Notes under the pieces: model-generated
The model's database searches: none
What the model was told of the DNA's origin: nothing
Seen by the model: the letters and a program-made list of their open reading frames with translations, nothing else
Position numbers and translations under genes: made by a program
Source: Ascidiella aspersa
Taxonomy: Eukaryota
Direction of reading: 5' to 3'
Assembly (NCBI GenBank): GCA_963924565.1
Contig: OZ004611.1
Span: forward strand, 23,808,001 to 23,872,000
Length of the DNA: 64,000 nt
Shown here: in pieces, positions 46,653-60,800 of the stretch
Layout of the letters: the number at the start of each line of letters is the position of its first letter
Position numbering within the stretch: position 1 is the stretch's first letter

Positions 46653-49600
46653 ATGAAGACGATTATATGTGTTCTTATGCTGCTGGCTTCAGGAAGAGCA
46701 GGTATGTTGCAATTTTTTTGTAAATTGATATATCGCTTTTTGAGCGTTTTATCTTGAATGTTAAATGTATGCCAGTACTAAAACAACAGTTATTCTTAAA
46801 ATGCTTGAAGGTCCGTTGTTTATACTGATATGCAGCTATATTTATTATATACAAAATAAGTATTATTTTTTAATTTTCTTACAGCTCCAACCAACGACGC
46901 AAACAGCGGTTACGGTAAGTGATTTCAAACATATATTTTTTAAGTAGGAATTGGCCTCCTTGAAATTATGTCAAGCCTGTTGCTTTAAAATAACATTTTT
47001 TTAATCCAATGAAAGCTCAAATGTTCTATCTAAACTATAGCTGCTCTCTGGCATTTAATATTTCAAAATACTTCAACGTAAAAATACAGGCACGAATAAA
47101 ACAGTTGGTAAAGACACACACAGTTTAGTGAAAATCGATACCTAAAAAATATTTCTCAAAAAACAATTGTTCAAAATTTTCCAAGAACACTAAATGCGCT
47201 TACCTATTCTTGTTATAATTTTATCGTTACTAATATTGAATAATTTTACAGATGTCGACAACGAGGCCCTTCTCATTTATTCGATGGTTTCTGCGCAAAG
47301 AAACGGAGGTACTTCAAATGATAAACAAATGTGTAACAACGTTTTGTTTGGCTCTAACGATTAAGTACCCGTCGACAGGTTAAAGTTTAGTTTTAAAATC
47401 CGACTTTCCAATTATAATTTTTAAACCCGAATTCTAAAACTGGCAACGTACTCTTACTGTTGCTGTAAAATTTAAATTTTTGGCAACGAAAGGTCCAATA
47501 TTTTGTAAATAATAAAAATGTAACAACATATGGTATGTCTCTTCAGACATCTATAATTCAAAGATTAACTTTACCCTGGCCACGTATACTCTTACTGTTG
47601 CTGTAAAAATATATTATGTAAGAACGAAAGGTCCATTATTATCGGGCTTATTTTGCAGGCGACCCGTCTTCTGTTCTTGAAGTGATGCTTCCAAGCCTGC
47701 TACGCGACGATTTCAAGTTTTCGCGACAAACCCAGATCGACCTTCTCAGCAAAGGAGGCCTCAATACCGGTAAGTCCTGCTCCTATAACGGTGCATGGGA
47801 AATCTTCAACCAAAAACATTAACGTCTAAAAAAAAACAAGATATGTTAGAAAGATAAAAACTAAAACTTTATTTGTTGTAATTGGATAAATTGCACAATT
47901 ATGCTGTACTTTTATTTAAAATTATTAAAAACTATTCTTAATTTCGGTAATGGTAAACGGCATATGTTCTATAATTTGAAGAAATTTAAGAGGCCCGTCC
48001 GCTACACCGAAACACTACACCGAAAAAAACTGATCAGGAATAACGCACAAAAACAAATCTTGCAGATTACGCGACCGCCCTTCTGAGCAGCCTCATGCCC
48101 ATGCTCAAGGAGGAAGGCAAGTCTACCGAAGAGCAAACCATGGCTCTGCTGCTCGCATCCAAGCAGTTCTGCACCAAGAACAAGGACGACCAATCTAGCT
48201 GTAAGTAGTTCTTAGTTTGTGCATGTTTTAAGTTTTAACACATGTTCACATAGTTGACTTCGGTTGGATTAATTCTCGAAATAGCTGCGCAAATCAATGC
48301 CTGACCTACTTATTATGACCTTAAAAACAGCTCTGAAAAGTATATTTTGGTGGCGATTATATCCCAGGGGTTTTATGTCCATTCTTTTGTTAGACCCGAC
48401 AAACTAGATTTTTTATTAAATCAAATTTTATTAAATCGGCCAAAGTGCCGAACTAAGTTGACAGAAATGCTGTTCAAGTCGTATTAATAAAAAAGTTACT
48501 GGAGGGTAATAGCTGAAACTGTAATAAAAAAACTCATTTGTATTGCTATTAGGTTAATTTTCTAAATAGACCTAAAGCTGACATTAATTTACCACAATGC
48601 CTGTTTTTTTGACGAATACTGCTAGGGATTTTTGTAAGTAGGAAACAATTTATAAAAAAATACAGTATTAAGCTTATCAAGCAGTAAGCTTCTCAATAAA
48701 TTCGAAAGTTAACTTCTAGTAAAATAAACGTCTGGAACAATATATAAGCTGTTAAACTTTATTCCGAAATCTTTACTTACTCCATATCTTTATCGTTCTA
48801 TTCCAGGCCCAGCTGAAGAAGAAACGGTCCTGCCTTTGGTTGCCATGCAAACGGAGCGCGGTTGCCAGGGAAATGACGTCACCATTTCGGGAAACGTCAC
48901 ACTGGCCGAAAACGAAACGTGCCTCTGCAAGGACCAGTCCGATCTCATGTTCTGGGTTTCACTTTTCCAGCAGTTTTCAAGCAAAAGTGAGTTAAAAGCG
49001 TTTTTTTGGTACACTGTTTTTTTTAGAGTTCTCAGGCAAAACTTTTATTGAAGTTACCAAGCCAAAAATTAAACCGAAAATTCGCAAGTTTTTTTGTGTG
49101 AGTTGCAAAAGCAAAGAATCATTATCGATATTTTCATAGTTCAAGTTTTTAATACGTTAAAGAGCTTTTACAAATGATAAAGCTTCTCTAGTGATTAAGC
49201 AGTTTATTGAAAAATATGTGTAAGATGTCCGACTGTGTATACGAATCAAGATGCCTAAACAACAATCCATGAATTTTAATTTTTAAAGATTTATCAAATA
49301 ATACTTGAATTGTTATTTTTGCTAGCTGCCTCCTCGAAGCCTGACCAATTTCCGATTCTTCTCATGATGATGTTGGACGATTCGACTTGCACGTAAGTTG
49401 GATATTACAAGAGTTTCAAAGCCCTTTATAGTTCGGTAAAGCGCAATTTTCACGTCTCTGCCACTAATTACGAAAAATGTTATTCCCGTACACATGCAAT
49501 CCGTATTCATTGGCATATTTTGATTAAGATTTGACAGTTTCGATTCTATGCGTGCCTCAGGAGACAAATGCTTGTGCGACATAAGCCTAAGATAAAATTT

Positions 49601-52600
49601 GTAGTTCTCAGTTTACTAAACCTGCGTTTGTTTATAGCGGAACATTGAAATCAACCGGAATCGATTGCAATTGTGCGTCCGTCACCAAAGGCCACGAGGC
49701 AACCCTGATGCAATACCTCATCACGTCACCACAATTACAGGATCTCTTGACCGGTGAGTTGGTGGGGAATACTTAGGGCAGAGCACCATAGCTCGTATTA
49801 TTTTGTTCCACGCTTTACAGTTCATTATAAACAGAAGTCAGTAGAACCGAAAATTAGTGAGGTGCGGTGTAAAGTGTTAAACTGTGATTTAGCGCATTTT
49901 TGTTAATGAGAAAGAAAAGGATCGCCGATCGTATTGTCTTTCGACAGCCTAAAAAATGGGTTAATCGTCCCCCTTTTATCTGAAAACGTCACCCGTGGCA
50001 CCGTTTATTTTTTATTTTTCCTAATTTCCTTTGGAAACTCAACGAAATGCCTTTTTTGCTAAATTTCGACTTACGGAGTAGGTTTTTCAACGGAAGTTCA
50101 TTTACATTATAGACCATAAAATTTTAAGAGCCTGAAAAAGCCCGTAGTTCGCCAGTAAACACTCTTTTTGCTGGCTTGTCACAAGTCAATTGACTTGAAG
50201 TCATAAAAGCCACCTTTTCTTCCGACAGAGGAGCAACGAAGCGTGGTACGTGACGCAATCGGCACACCGTCCCTACGCGCCACCACCGCCTTTAACGACT
50301 ACCTCTACTCGGTCATGGCCGGTTTCACCTCGCCCCAGGTGCTTTCCCTGTTGCAGAACCAAGGCCAGGATCAACAGTCAATGATAAAGTCGCTAATTCT
50401 TTCCAGCATCGGTGAGTAGCAAGTTTCTTTAAAACGTTAATAGCTAAAAAATATGTATGTACAATTGTACATTGTGGTATATATATATATATATAAGCAA
50501 CATTTATGTGATTTTACCAAAGTAGTGATGTATAAATAAAAATGCATAATAAAATTGAATTTCCTATAAATACATTATTTTTTTTTTACATTTATTGATG
50601 AAATTATTTTCTGTTTTAGTGTGATTATCTTTTAAAAAATAAAAATAAAATTACTTCGCGCGATTTACTGCTTAATACTTGGTTGTCGAATTTTACGATT
50701 CATATAAGCACCAAAGATTAAGGTTTCTTCCAAGCACACGTCTTTCAAAGCCCACAACTTTACCTCATTTTTTTATATACCTTATTGATTTATTTCACCC
50801 AGGTCTCGACACCTCAATGGTTCAAATCGTGCTCAACGGCGGCTTTCAGGACGACGCCAACAAGGTTTCGATGATCAACTATCTGACCAATGCCGGTCTG
50901 CTGGAGGCCACTTACATTCCCTTTTTGCTCGGCGTGCAGAACGGCAAGGACTTCATGTTGGCCAACTTAGTCAACTCGGTAGGTTTCTTCTCGTTTGCTA
51001 TAACTGACTTACTGCCGTTAAGCCGTTGACCCTGTCTGTTAAATGTAGGTGTGTTTGGCACAAGTTAGATTGTTTGCATACTAGCTCAAATGTAAAGGTA
51101 TAATTATTTTGCAGTTATGGCGTTTAACGAATGTCCCGGTTTAAGTTCAATCCGTAATTTAAAGCATATGGTTGTTTTGTATGTATCGGCTGGTTTGTAA
51201 GGTTTATTGAAACTTTCACAGCTCACCCGTGTTCTTGACAAACTCAATTTTGAGTAATTTATACTGTTTAGAACAAGCAATTCGATCTTAGTAATCGAAA
51301 TTGCTCTTTTTAAAACTAGATATCATATTGTAGTTGATTGAAGCGTAAAATTAATAGTGGTAGAGACAAAACTATAATATCAAATAAAAATGTTCATCGT
51401 CACGAATTTTCGGTGTAAATAATAACATACCAACATGAATGTTTTGCTTTCCAGGGTACGTTGGACCCCAGCATGGCGTTATTGCTGCAGGCAATGCAGG
51501 GCGGTTTAGACCAATCAGACCTCATCGGCATCTCTATTCTATCGAGTAAGTGATCCTCTTGCTAAACGACAGGCGAAACAACACAAGTGTATAAACATAA
51601 AAAGAAAAGAATGATTAGATCTTGTAAAACATGCGTTTTTTGTGTTTATTTCTACCATGATCAACAGTAAATAACCCTAAGTTAAATCTTACTTTATCAA
51701 CACAATTATGCTGTGATCGCATTATTTAATAATATAATCACGCCATACCTTGTCTGCAGTGGCCAACGGACAAAAGCCCGGTTACCTGGACCCAATTGGA
51801 AAGCCGTACGTTCCCGATCTTCCCAAGGGGATTTACCCGGGCAGTCAGCTCTACTTTGCTCATTTTGAAACTCTCGGAATTGACACGTGCTCGCTTCACG
51901 ACCTCAGAAGCAGGTAAGCGCTGTCAACATTATTTTGAAATATTTTACGGTGTTCACCAGGTGTTCGATTCGTCCGAGTTACAAGTGTTTAGCATTATCT
52001 GTCTGGCGCTGGGTTCGTTTTTTGCAAATCTATATCTTAAATTAATTAAAACGTCGCTTATTGCAGTTGAGGATTTTTAATTACACATACTAAAAAGCTA
52101 TTGGGTAATCAACGCATTTTTATCAATGTTTTTTTTATTTCATACACGCTTTGAAAATAACGATTGCTGATATTTACGTAGGACGTTTTACGTTTGATCG
52201 CAGTTTGTACAATTTCTTAAAATTGTGGAATGTAGTTAAAATATAAAAATACTCAACTTTAACGGTAATTTCTATAATATATCTAAAAACTGCTTTTGGT
52301 GACCATGATGCAGAAAGCTGAGCGAAATTATGTTGTAAAGAAATCGTTGTTTATTTCGTCATACCCCTTCTTACAAGTTTATTTTTAATTCTAGATTCGA
52401 CTGTGGTTACATCGGTATCAGTGCTGCTGAATGCGAGACGGTTCCTTACTGTTGCTACAACGTAAGTAAACCGTTTGATTCTACAAATACAATCAGTCAT
52501 ATAACGCATATGAGAATCTTGTACCCAAAAGAGTGCATAGTACCATTAGTAATTCAGATACTATAGGCTCAAAATCTAGACACCTGTGCCAAAGTATAAT

Positions 52601-55600
52601 AGTTAAAATTGCTATTATATTTGATGACCCGACTTTTGTGCTTTAAATAGTTTTACTAACTGTGCCATTTACAAGCAAATTTACTTATGTTTTAAACAAG
52701 AAGCAGTTTTCCCGATAGGTTCGATTTAACCTACGCCACACTATACTTAAAACTGTGAATTTAAGCGCACATTTTGCGCAACTTTCGAACGATGCTGACA
52801 AACAATGGCGATTGTGGTCATTTGAATGACGATTGTTGTTCTTATTGTTTTGTTGTTCTTATACCTGTAGCCTGTGTTCCTTACCGACATCGAAGTAGGC
52901 AACGCCACCAACAACCAAATCACGTCGGCCCTGGCAGTCCCCTGGTGCTACTACAACATCTTCTTTGTCTATTACAACAGCTGTAAGTAGATTGTTGACT
53001 ACCTTTACTAAAAGACGCACTTGGTTCAGAAAAAAAAAGATCAAACACAAGATAAGCATTAGCGCCAATGATAGCTATGTTGTCTTGGTTATATTCTGAC
53101 CATTAATTGTAACATGCGTTGTTGCACATTTGGCAAATCTAAACTGCCTACCAGCTAAAATCATTTAGTACCATTTGGTTAGAATGCTTGATTTTGTAAA
53201 TGGGGGATACTCCTATTAACCTGAAAATCATCGGCATCACAGCTACATTTGTTTTTTTGGTTTTTGAGAAAATTTGATATAGGAAGAAAATAATAAAAAC
53301 TTGTTTTTAACAGTTTACGTACAAAACACTATGTTTTGATTTTTGATCCGTATTTGTAAAAGTTACTAATAAAATTAGTGTAATGCAACTCAGTAAACAA
53401 TTTTTTTTTATAAAATGCTTCAAACGTAATGGCAAACTAATTATCAGTTTGTGGATTTAGCCATTGGCTAGTGTGTTCGATCTAGCAAATAAGGGACATT
53501 CTTAATAACCTAAAAAGCATTCGACATTACATTTCAGTGGTATGTAGAGCAAGTTGTAATGACGCCATTGTTTCTCCATCTGTTGTGTGTAGATTAACCC
53601 GTTCGTATTAAGTCTGCAGGGTAGAATTATATTTTTTTGTTTTTTAAGAAAATTTGATATGAGAAGAAATTATTAAAAACTTTTTTTTACATTTTAACGT
53701 AGAAAAGCACTATGTTTTTAATTTTTACAAATTAGCAATAAAATTGGTGTAATGCAACCCAGTTGAGAATCATTTTTTTATAATACGCATTAAACGTAAT
53801 GACCAACTGTTTAGAAGTTCGTGGATTTAGCCATTGGCTAGCGTGCTTGATCTAGCGAATAAGGGGCATTCTTAGCATTGGGCATCACATCCAAGCGGTA
53901 TATAGAGCAAGTTTAACTAACGCCGTTTTTATTTTCCTGCTGTGTTCAGATTACATGGACGTGAAGACACCGGGAGAGTTCGCTGCTCCCATGGAATGTT
54001 ACGGTCTGTTCAAGTTCGGAATCAAGCTCGAGCCTAGCCTGTACTACCTCTACGACCCACAGAACCCCAACTCGGGAATGTCCAAGTTCATTAACTTCGT
54101 ATGTGATAGCTTTCGTTTGCCTAATTTTTATCATATATTAAGATATCCTTTCAGGATGGCTGTTGTTACAATGAGGTAGCATGTCTTACCTTTGAAGGGC
54201 AAAGAGTCATAGGATTCTCAGTAACGCAGGCTTTCTACAAACCAAATGGCTATAATATCAATTTAAAATCGCGTAGTGTTAGTTAAACCCTTCACAGCAC
54301 ATTAATTTAGCAGTTTGTTTGATTTATAACGATTGTCATCGTTTTGCATGGGCCAGTCTTAGTTTTCAATATAAGTATTTGTAAATTAACATTGGGTAAA
54401 ATATTAAGCGCTGCGCATATTTCAAATGTAAGGAATCTGTTTACCTGTGAATTGTGACATGATTACGTCACAAAGAGCCAAGAATCGTAAATTGCCAGAT
54501 TAACAATTGAATGTTTCCAAACCTATATAAAGCAGAGCTCGGTGTTAATTCGTCAAAACATACTGGCGAAAATACGGATTAAAAACCAATCGTTGGCTAA
54601 GAATTACAATTACCAGAGGGACTGTTTTGATTAATATTACTATGCGTATAGTAGCAACAGTTTAAATAAGAACCACTCTTTCACGTCGAGTTATACTCTC
54701 TTCATTTTGCAGAGGCTGGAATGCGGATTCCCGGGCATCTCCGAGTTTCAGTGCGTGGCTGTGCGCGGCTGTTGCTGGGACGGTGACGCGCCTTACAGAG
54801 TACCGCAGTGCTACAAGCCAAACGGAGCAACAAAGTACGTCTTCGACACCAAAAAGATCCCGGCGGCCTACATGCCACGTGAGTATATATAGCTTAGGTT
54901 TTCTTTATACCAGCATATTTAATCGCTGGTAAAGGCTCAATGCCCTGTGTGACGTATTTTGCGGTTTTATTGACTCGCGACAAGGCATATACTTTAACGT
55001 AAAAACTGAACTGGCTTTTGTCAAGGAATGGTAAATATTCCGCACAGTAATGTGACCAAACGTTTTAATTTAAGGCCGAAATCACAACTTTTTTCTAACC
55101 GGTGCGTGATTACAATCACTGTTCTTTTATGAATTGTCTGAAAATTATCCCACCGATAAAATAAGAATATTCAATAAATTATTAATAAATCAAATCTTTT
55201 TCATTGTTAGTCAAAAAACTTAAAAACAAAAATGTCTGTTTGTCACACATAAAATAACCCGCATCGTCAACAAACAGACACTTTACTTCTGCCGACCCAA
55301 CACATTGTCCCACACCTGCTCTCTAAAGTTTCATGCGATATTTTTGGCCACTCAGGCCTTATACGAATTTAGCACGTAAACTTTGGCTGTAATATGTCGT
55401 TGATCTTAATACTAAGGTTTTTTTTAGAATTTTCTGCTTTAGGCATTGTTGCTTTTTAGGTCATATAGTGTGTTTCTGACGAAGGGTTAGAGTTGGCGAG
55501 ATAGTTATGTCGCTTCCCGACTTTCTTGGCCAAAAACTTAATCGCCCTAAACCTAATATGACTTCTGCACTAAAGTTTGGCACAAAGTGTTGTTACGTGT

Positions 55601-57093
55601 TTTTTAGACGTTCTGCTTGATGTATTTTCGCTTTTTAGCACTTATTGCGTGTTTCCTTTTTGTTTTCTTTCTTTAACCTTTGTCTTTTCATCAACAGCGA
55701 AGGGAACCTGCAACTTGAACCAGCACCAAATCCCGCTGCTCTACTATCTGCGGGTTGCCTGTCACTACAGCTTCGATTTCTACATTTCCGGGTACAACAT
55801 ATTGGCGATGCCCAACGAGGTGGACTGCGTTACCAAGCTAGGTGAGTAAAAGGAAATTATTATTATTCGTTCCTTAGGGCGCCCTCGCGGAAAGATATGG
55901 CCCAGTGGTTTGCTTGTTCGTTGAATTTTTAAACTTAAAACAAGAATATTTAGCTAAGCAACTTGCCAGTATGTAGTCCTCTGCCATTGCACCTTGAAAT
56001 TAGTAATTTAAACGTATTTGAACAGAATAGTTTTTAATTCCTAAAAACAAAATGAACCATGCGCATGGAGTTTTGAAATAAGTGTATGACCGACTGCTGA
56101 AAAAACAGAAAAACTGTAAAACAAATACTTTGGAACACAATAATACTTTAATATAAATTCTAAACGGTGTGCATTCCATAAAAAAGTAATTTCTTTTTAC
56201 ATTGATGTTGCCTTGCGTCAAAAGCAAGCTGAACGATTAACATCCGTCAAAATTCTCTACTGCAGCGAAAACCCTAACCAGCATATGTGGACTCTGTGCA
56301 TTTTCGCGTGGTAACAATCCTTAAAACTCCCATCCTTTCGTTTCAGGCTGTTGCTGGGAAAGCGACAAATCGGTGCTTGAGACTTACCCGAAGCTGCCTC
56401 AGTGCTATCAGCGGGTTGGAGGTCACCACTATCACGCGCCAGAGGGCTTCCCGAGCGCGCAAACCCTGATCGGCTACAGAAGTGGAGGTAAGAGCATTGC
56501 TTTGGTTTTTATTTGCCTCGTTTGTGGCTCTAACTGTCGCTAATTTGCCCGAAGTAGGCAGCTGTCTGTTTTAAACCTGAAAATACACAGCCTGTCTTGA
56601 ACCTGAAAATAAACAGTCTGTCTTGAAGCTGGAAATATACGATCTGTCTTAAACCTGAAAATAGATAAAAAAAAATGACCAATTAAATAGTAATTGGAAA
56701 AGTTTGGGACTTCCAGTGAAGTTAATTTAACAAGTGCAATTCAACTAAAAACCCATAACGTGTTTATTTGCTCAAGGATGGAAACTTAAAAGTCTTGTCT
56801 GACTTTGTTTGTAGTTTTTTTTGTATAAGATTACTTGCTTTCATGGTAAAACTATTTTCTTAACTATAGCGTTTTAACTCGTTAATGATTTTTCCACTGT
56901 CCTTAAATATCGACGGTAGAACGAGCGGCCACATTTCACTATGATGTACTGCATACCGACACTTCATTTAGCCTGCGTTCCAAATTTACCTTTACTTTGT
57001 GTTCTTTCAGATTCCTCGGTAGCATCGACGGTGCAGCAATACGCTGCTGAAAAGGGCATGCCCATGGTTCGAAAACCCGAAGAAAAGTCGTAA
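46653..57093 (+). CDS. Secreted protein with three P-type trefoil domains, 736 aa; resembles ascidian epidermis-specific Epi-1
   Basis: 19 phase-consistent exons (2211 nt): 46653-46701, 46885-46914, 47252-47308, 47659-47769, 48066-48200, 48807-48986, 49326-49392, 49638-49753, 50229-50411, 50803-50978, 51455-51545, 51760-51913, 52395-52461, 52871-52982, 53950-54098, 54713-54878, 55698-55841, 56347-56487, 57011-57093. Signal peptide MKTIICVLMLLASGRA. Trefoils RFDCGYIGISAAECETVPYCCY...VPWCYY, RLECGFPGISEFQCVAVRGCCWD...VPQCY and RVAC...DCVTKLGCCWE...LPQCY. Confidence 0.85.
53249..53925 (+). repeat. Intronic tandem duplication (about 300-bp unit, two copies)
   Basis: About 53249-53570 and 53632-53925 share AGAAAATTTGATAT...GTGTAATGCAAC...GTGGATTTAGCCATTGGCTAG...TAGAGCAAGTT. 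Confidence 0.75.
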
Positions 57094-57862
57094 CCTATCG
57101 AACTCTCCGCACGAATCGCGTCACTAATATAAAATTCTTGCAGATGTTGTTGGCCCACTTGCAGTGACGTCATACGAGGGGCGTTTTCTTTACTTATGAC
57201 GTAGCTAAGCGTCTTTACCCGAACCACCAGGGCCGCGTTGTTTGCTATAAATGACAAAATTAGTGCTAACTTGCTTTAAATACTCATTAAACAGGTTGTC
57301 CTCCAGGGTTATTGTTGGAACGGGTTAAAATAATTTATGATTAAGCCTAAAATATGACGTCATTGCATTGAGGGCCTTTTGTGCCATGATAAGCCAGATG
57401 TTGTTTGTCTTGGTATAGTCATAGCTTTCCTAGTCTCTGCTAATATATTTCGCATTTTATTTCTATACGTTTGCTTCTTTTTTTATTTTTTTATGCATGC
57501 TTTTTTTTCGCGACCTGCAGTTACTTACAAAGCGTTGCCACTGCCAAATTTGTACCTGAAATTGCGCCTAATAAATTATGCTGTTATTAACACATTGTAT
57601 TATTTAACCACATGAAAAAAGCAAAACTAATAGTTGTTCTAAAAATCATATAAGCCGAAAAGTTTCACCAAAGGTTGGAAACCTTTTCATAGCGGTTGTA
57701 CTACTAAACAATTCGGCCTTGTCGTCCCTCAACCACATTTTTGATAATATTTATCAAACTGTACGTTATTTACACTAATTGAAACTTTACATTAAAAGAG
57801 CTGCAAAACCACAAAATTACGGGTTGCAATTTTTATTGCGAACAGCTAGTTTTAGCCAAAAA

Positions 57863-60800
57863 CTAGTACAAATTGAACTCCACTGGATAATGGTCGCTCA
57901 CGTCTTTAGCCTGCGGAAAAATTAAAAAGACTTGAAATTAAAAAAAAAATAAATTGATGCAAGGCAATCAATTTGAATTATGTTAAAATAATGACTAATA
58001 TATTGGGTCACAAAAAACGCTAGGTCTATCATAATTTTTTTGTTTGAAGACAAAAATTGTATTTTTTACTTTAAAAGTGATAGCAATTAATAAGTTGCTA
58101 TACATCTAAAAATATATAAAAATTAAAAAAGTAAATAATAAATGTTACCAAAATGTTCGAAAAACGTGTCTTAAGATTACTAATTACCTCCTCATAACTC
58201 AAGTTGTACTCTGTATCATATCTGAATACGGTTCCAGGACTAGAGTTTAAAGTCATCTCATCACCAACAACCACCAATCTGCAACACATGTTTTATCGCA
58301 TGGTTATTTTCAAAATATTTATATTTTATATCATAAAAAGCTTCACACCCTTTTTCTGGCAAAACATTTTCGCCCAAATGCGCCACCTATACTGAAAACA
58401 ACAGATGCCGGGAATTCCAAAGTTTTGTTTTTTCATGTTTGTTATGTCACTTAAAGACAGCTTTCCCTTGTGCTGTACAATTAACGTGGTTGGTTTTACA
58501 AAGCTTTTTACAGTTCTTACTATATTTTGTGAGGTGTCACGTGATAGGAAAGTTGATAGTTGAGTTAGGTTTATCATCTTTTCATAAAACCTTTAAAGGG
58601 CCCATTTTATTAAGTTATAGTTTTCAAGCGAAAAACGTCTCTTTTGTTTTAATGTTGATTGATTTTGTGTATTTTTGTTACCTTTAACCAGTTACAGCCA
58701 AATTTTAATCCTAAACTACTCATTTTTTTCTGGAAATGGAAAGACAAGTATTAACTCCAATTTACAATAGCTGGGCCTTTAGGCTTTGTAAAGTCGTCAT
58801 TAAGTAAGGGGTCATTGATTAACGATTTTAGCATAACAATGCTTTCAAACAAGTGCAGCCTCGTTTTTGACAAATTTCAGTCTGCTTTCCTGCTGGCGGA
58901 TTCTGCCAAACGCAGACTTTATATTTAGGGAAAATGCCCTGTTTGGGTTTTGTTTAGATAACAATTAAATATTTTAACACACGTAAAAAAGGAAAAGAAA
59001 AGCCTGTCACGGACATTGTGGGCCCGAAAGCCGTTTTTCAAGTTTTTTAGATTATAGTTTTCGGTCAGTATAGTTTTATAAGGATTTAGCAGATGCTTGT
59101 GTTACCTAAACTACAGTACACAAAATGCAGCCCATACTCTACTGCAAGGGAGTGTGATGTGCGCCCCCAGAGGAAAAATATCAGTGTAAAATCAGTATAA
59201 AAGATTGCACACACACGGACTACTGCATTCCAAGCACTTATTATAAAATAAAACTTTATATAGTAAGTATTCAACGAAAAAGTGATTTTCACAGCCTGAA
59301 CTTCCTGGATGCTTAACTAGAATCAATACATTTTCAACTCAGATTGATACCTATCATAGGCACAGTTGGTGTTGGTGTTGACTGTCGTATCTGCGCTATG
59401 CGGAGTAAGCCAGCTGAAACGGCTTTCGTTCCACATGTCAATTTCGTCCCAGCATGAGGCACAAACATAACTGCAGTCGGCATTGAAGTCTCCGGCTATC
59501 AGCGCGTCCTAAAAAAGACCAGCAGGTTAGAAATCATTATTTTATTTATTGCACTATAACCGAAAACATGTGTGTGTTCTTTGCCAAGAAGTCGGTTACG
59601 TTGCTTTCTTTTCAAATGTATACTAATCTTGAATAGGTGGCCTGTTTATCTTTAAATAGTTGACGCAAATAGAGCGCACGCTGCAGGTTTCGCAAGCAGT
59701 AAAGTACAGAGATGGAAAGAAAGCAGTGTTGTAAACAAGCTATTTTGAAATGAATGAATTATTTGTAAAAATAACTTTAGTCCCGTCAAGTCATTTTTGA
59801 ATAAATAACAAGTCAAGTCCAATGAAAAATGATTTATGTAGACATTTCATTTTAACCCGAATCATTTGTCCGAAAGACTTCAGTCAATTAATTTTAAAAA
59901 AGTGACTTAAGTGCACTTAAGTCATTAACTTTAGTCAACAGTGAAAGGAAGAATGGTTACTAAAGCGCTAACGTCCTTTATCTAAAGAGCACCTAATGAC
60001 GCTATAAACTATTGAAGCGAGCAGGTTGACCGAAATAGGAAGTTTCACCTTGAATGTTTTCCAATTTTTAGTATTGTAACAAACAAAGTAAAACGTTGGA
60101 ACCAGGGGCGTAGCGTGGGGGGTTTCTAGGAGTCTTGACAGCCCCCTTTGAAATCTCAGTAAACAATGATCACAAAACTACAATCGTGATTGCTGCGACG
60201 TTACATCAGTCACATTGCACCTGGCATTAAAAACACTTAAAAACACACGAAAATGTATTTTATTGTTATAACAAACATTTTCAACTACGTGAAAAAACAG
60301 GCGCGTAAGCTACAACAAAGTCTTTCACCGCAGGTCGCCTCAATCTCGAAAGAAGCGCTTGACTGTCGCAGTTTGAAACATAGACTAAAACGTCAGCGAA
60401 CTATAGCTTCCCGCTAAACTGATATTACCGGCCGTCTAAACCGTAACTTAAGTAATAAGCCATGTTTGTGATTTTCTTGAACAGTTTCAGCTAAATAATT
60501 TACTAATTATACAGAGTTTCAAAACTGCCATTTTGAAGCCACGCTTCATACCATCGGTGAAATTAAACTACAGTTATCATCAAATTCGTTGATAAGTATC
60601 GTTAATTTTGCTGACAACGAAGTGCAACAGTTTGTAATTGTTACGCCACGGAGGCTGTTCTGACACCGCAATTCCATAGCGTTTTATGCGCAATCAAAAT
60701 CACTTAACAATCGGACGTGAATAAGTCGACGAGGTGTTGCAATTTTTCTAACGCCAAACAGACAATTTTAAACAGCCGTAAGCCACTAATAATCGCCGTT

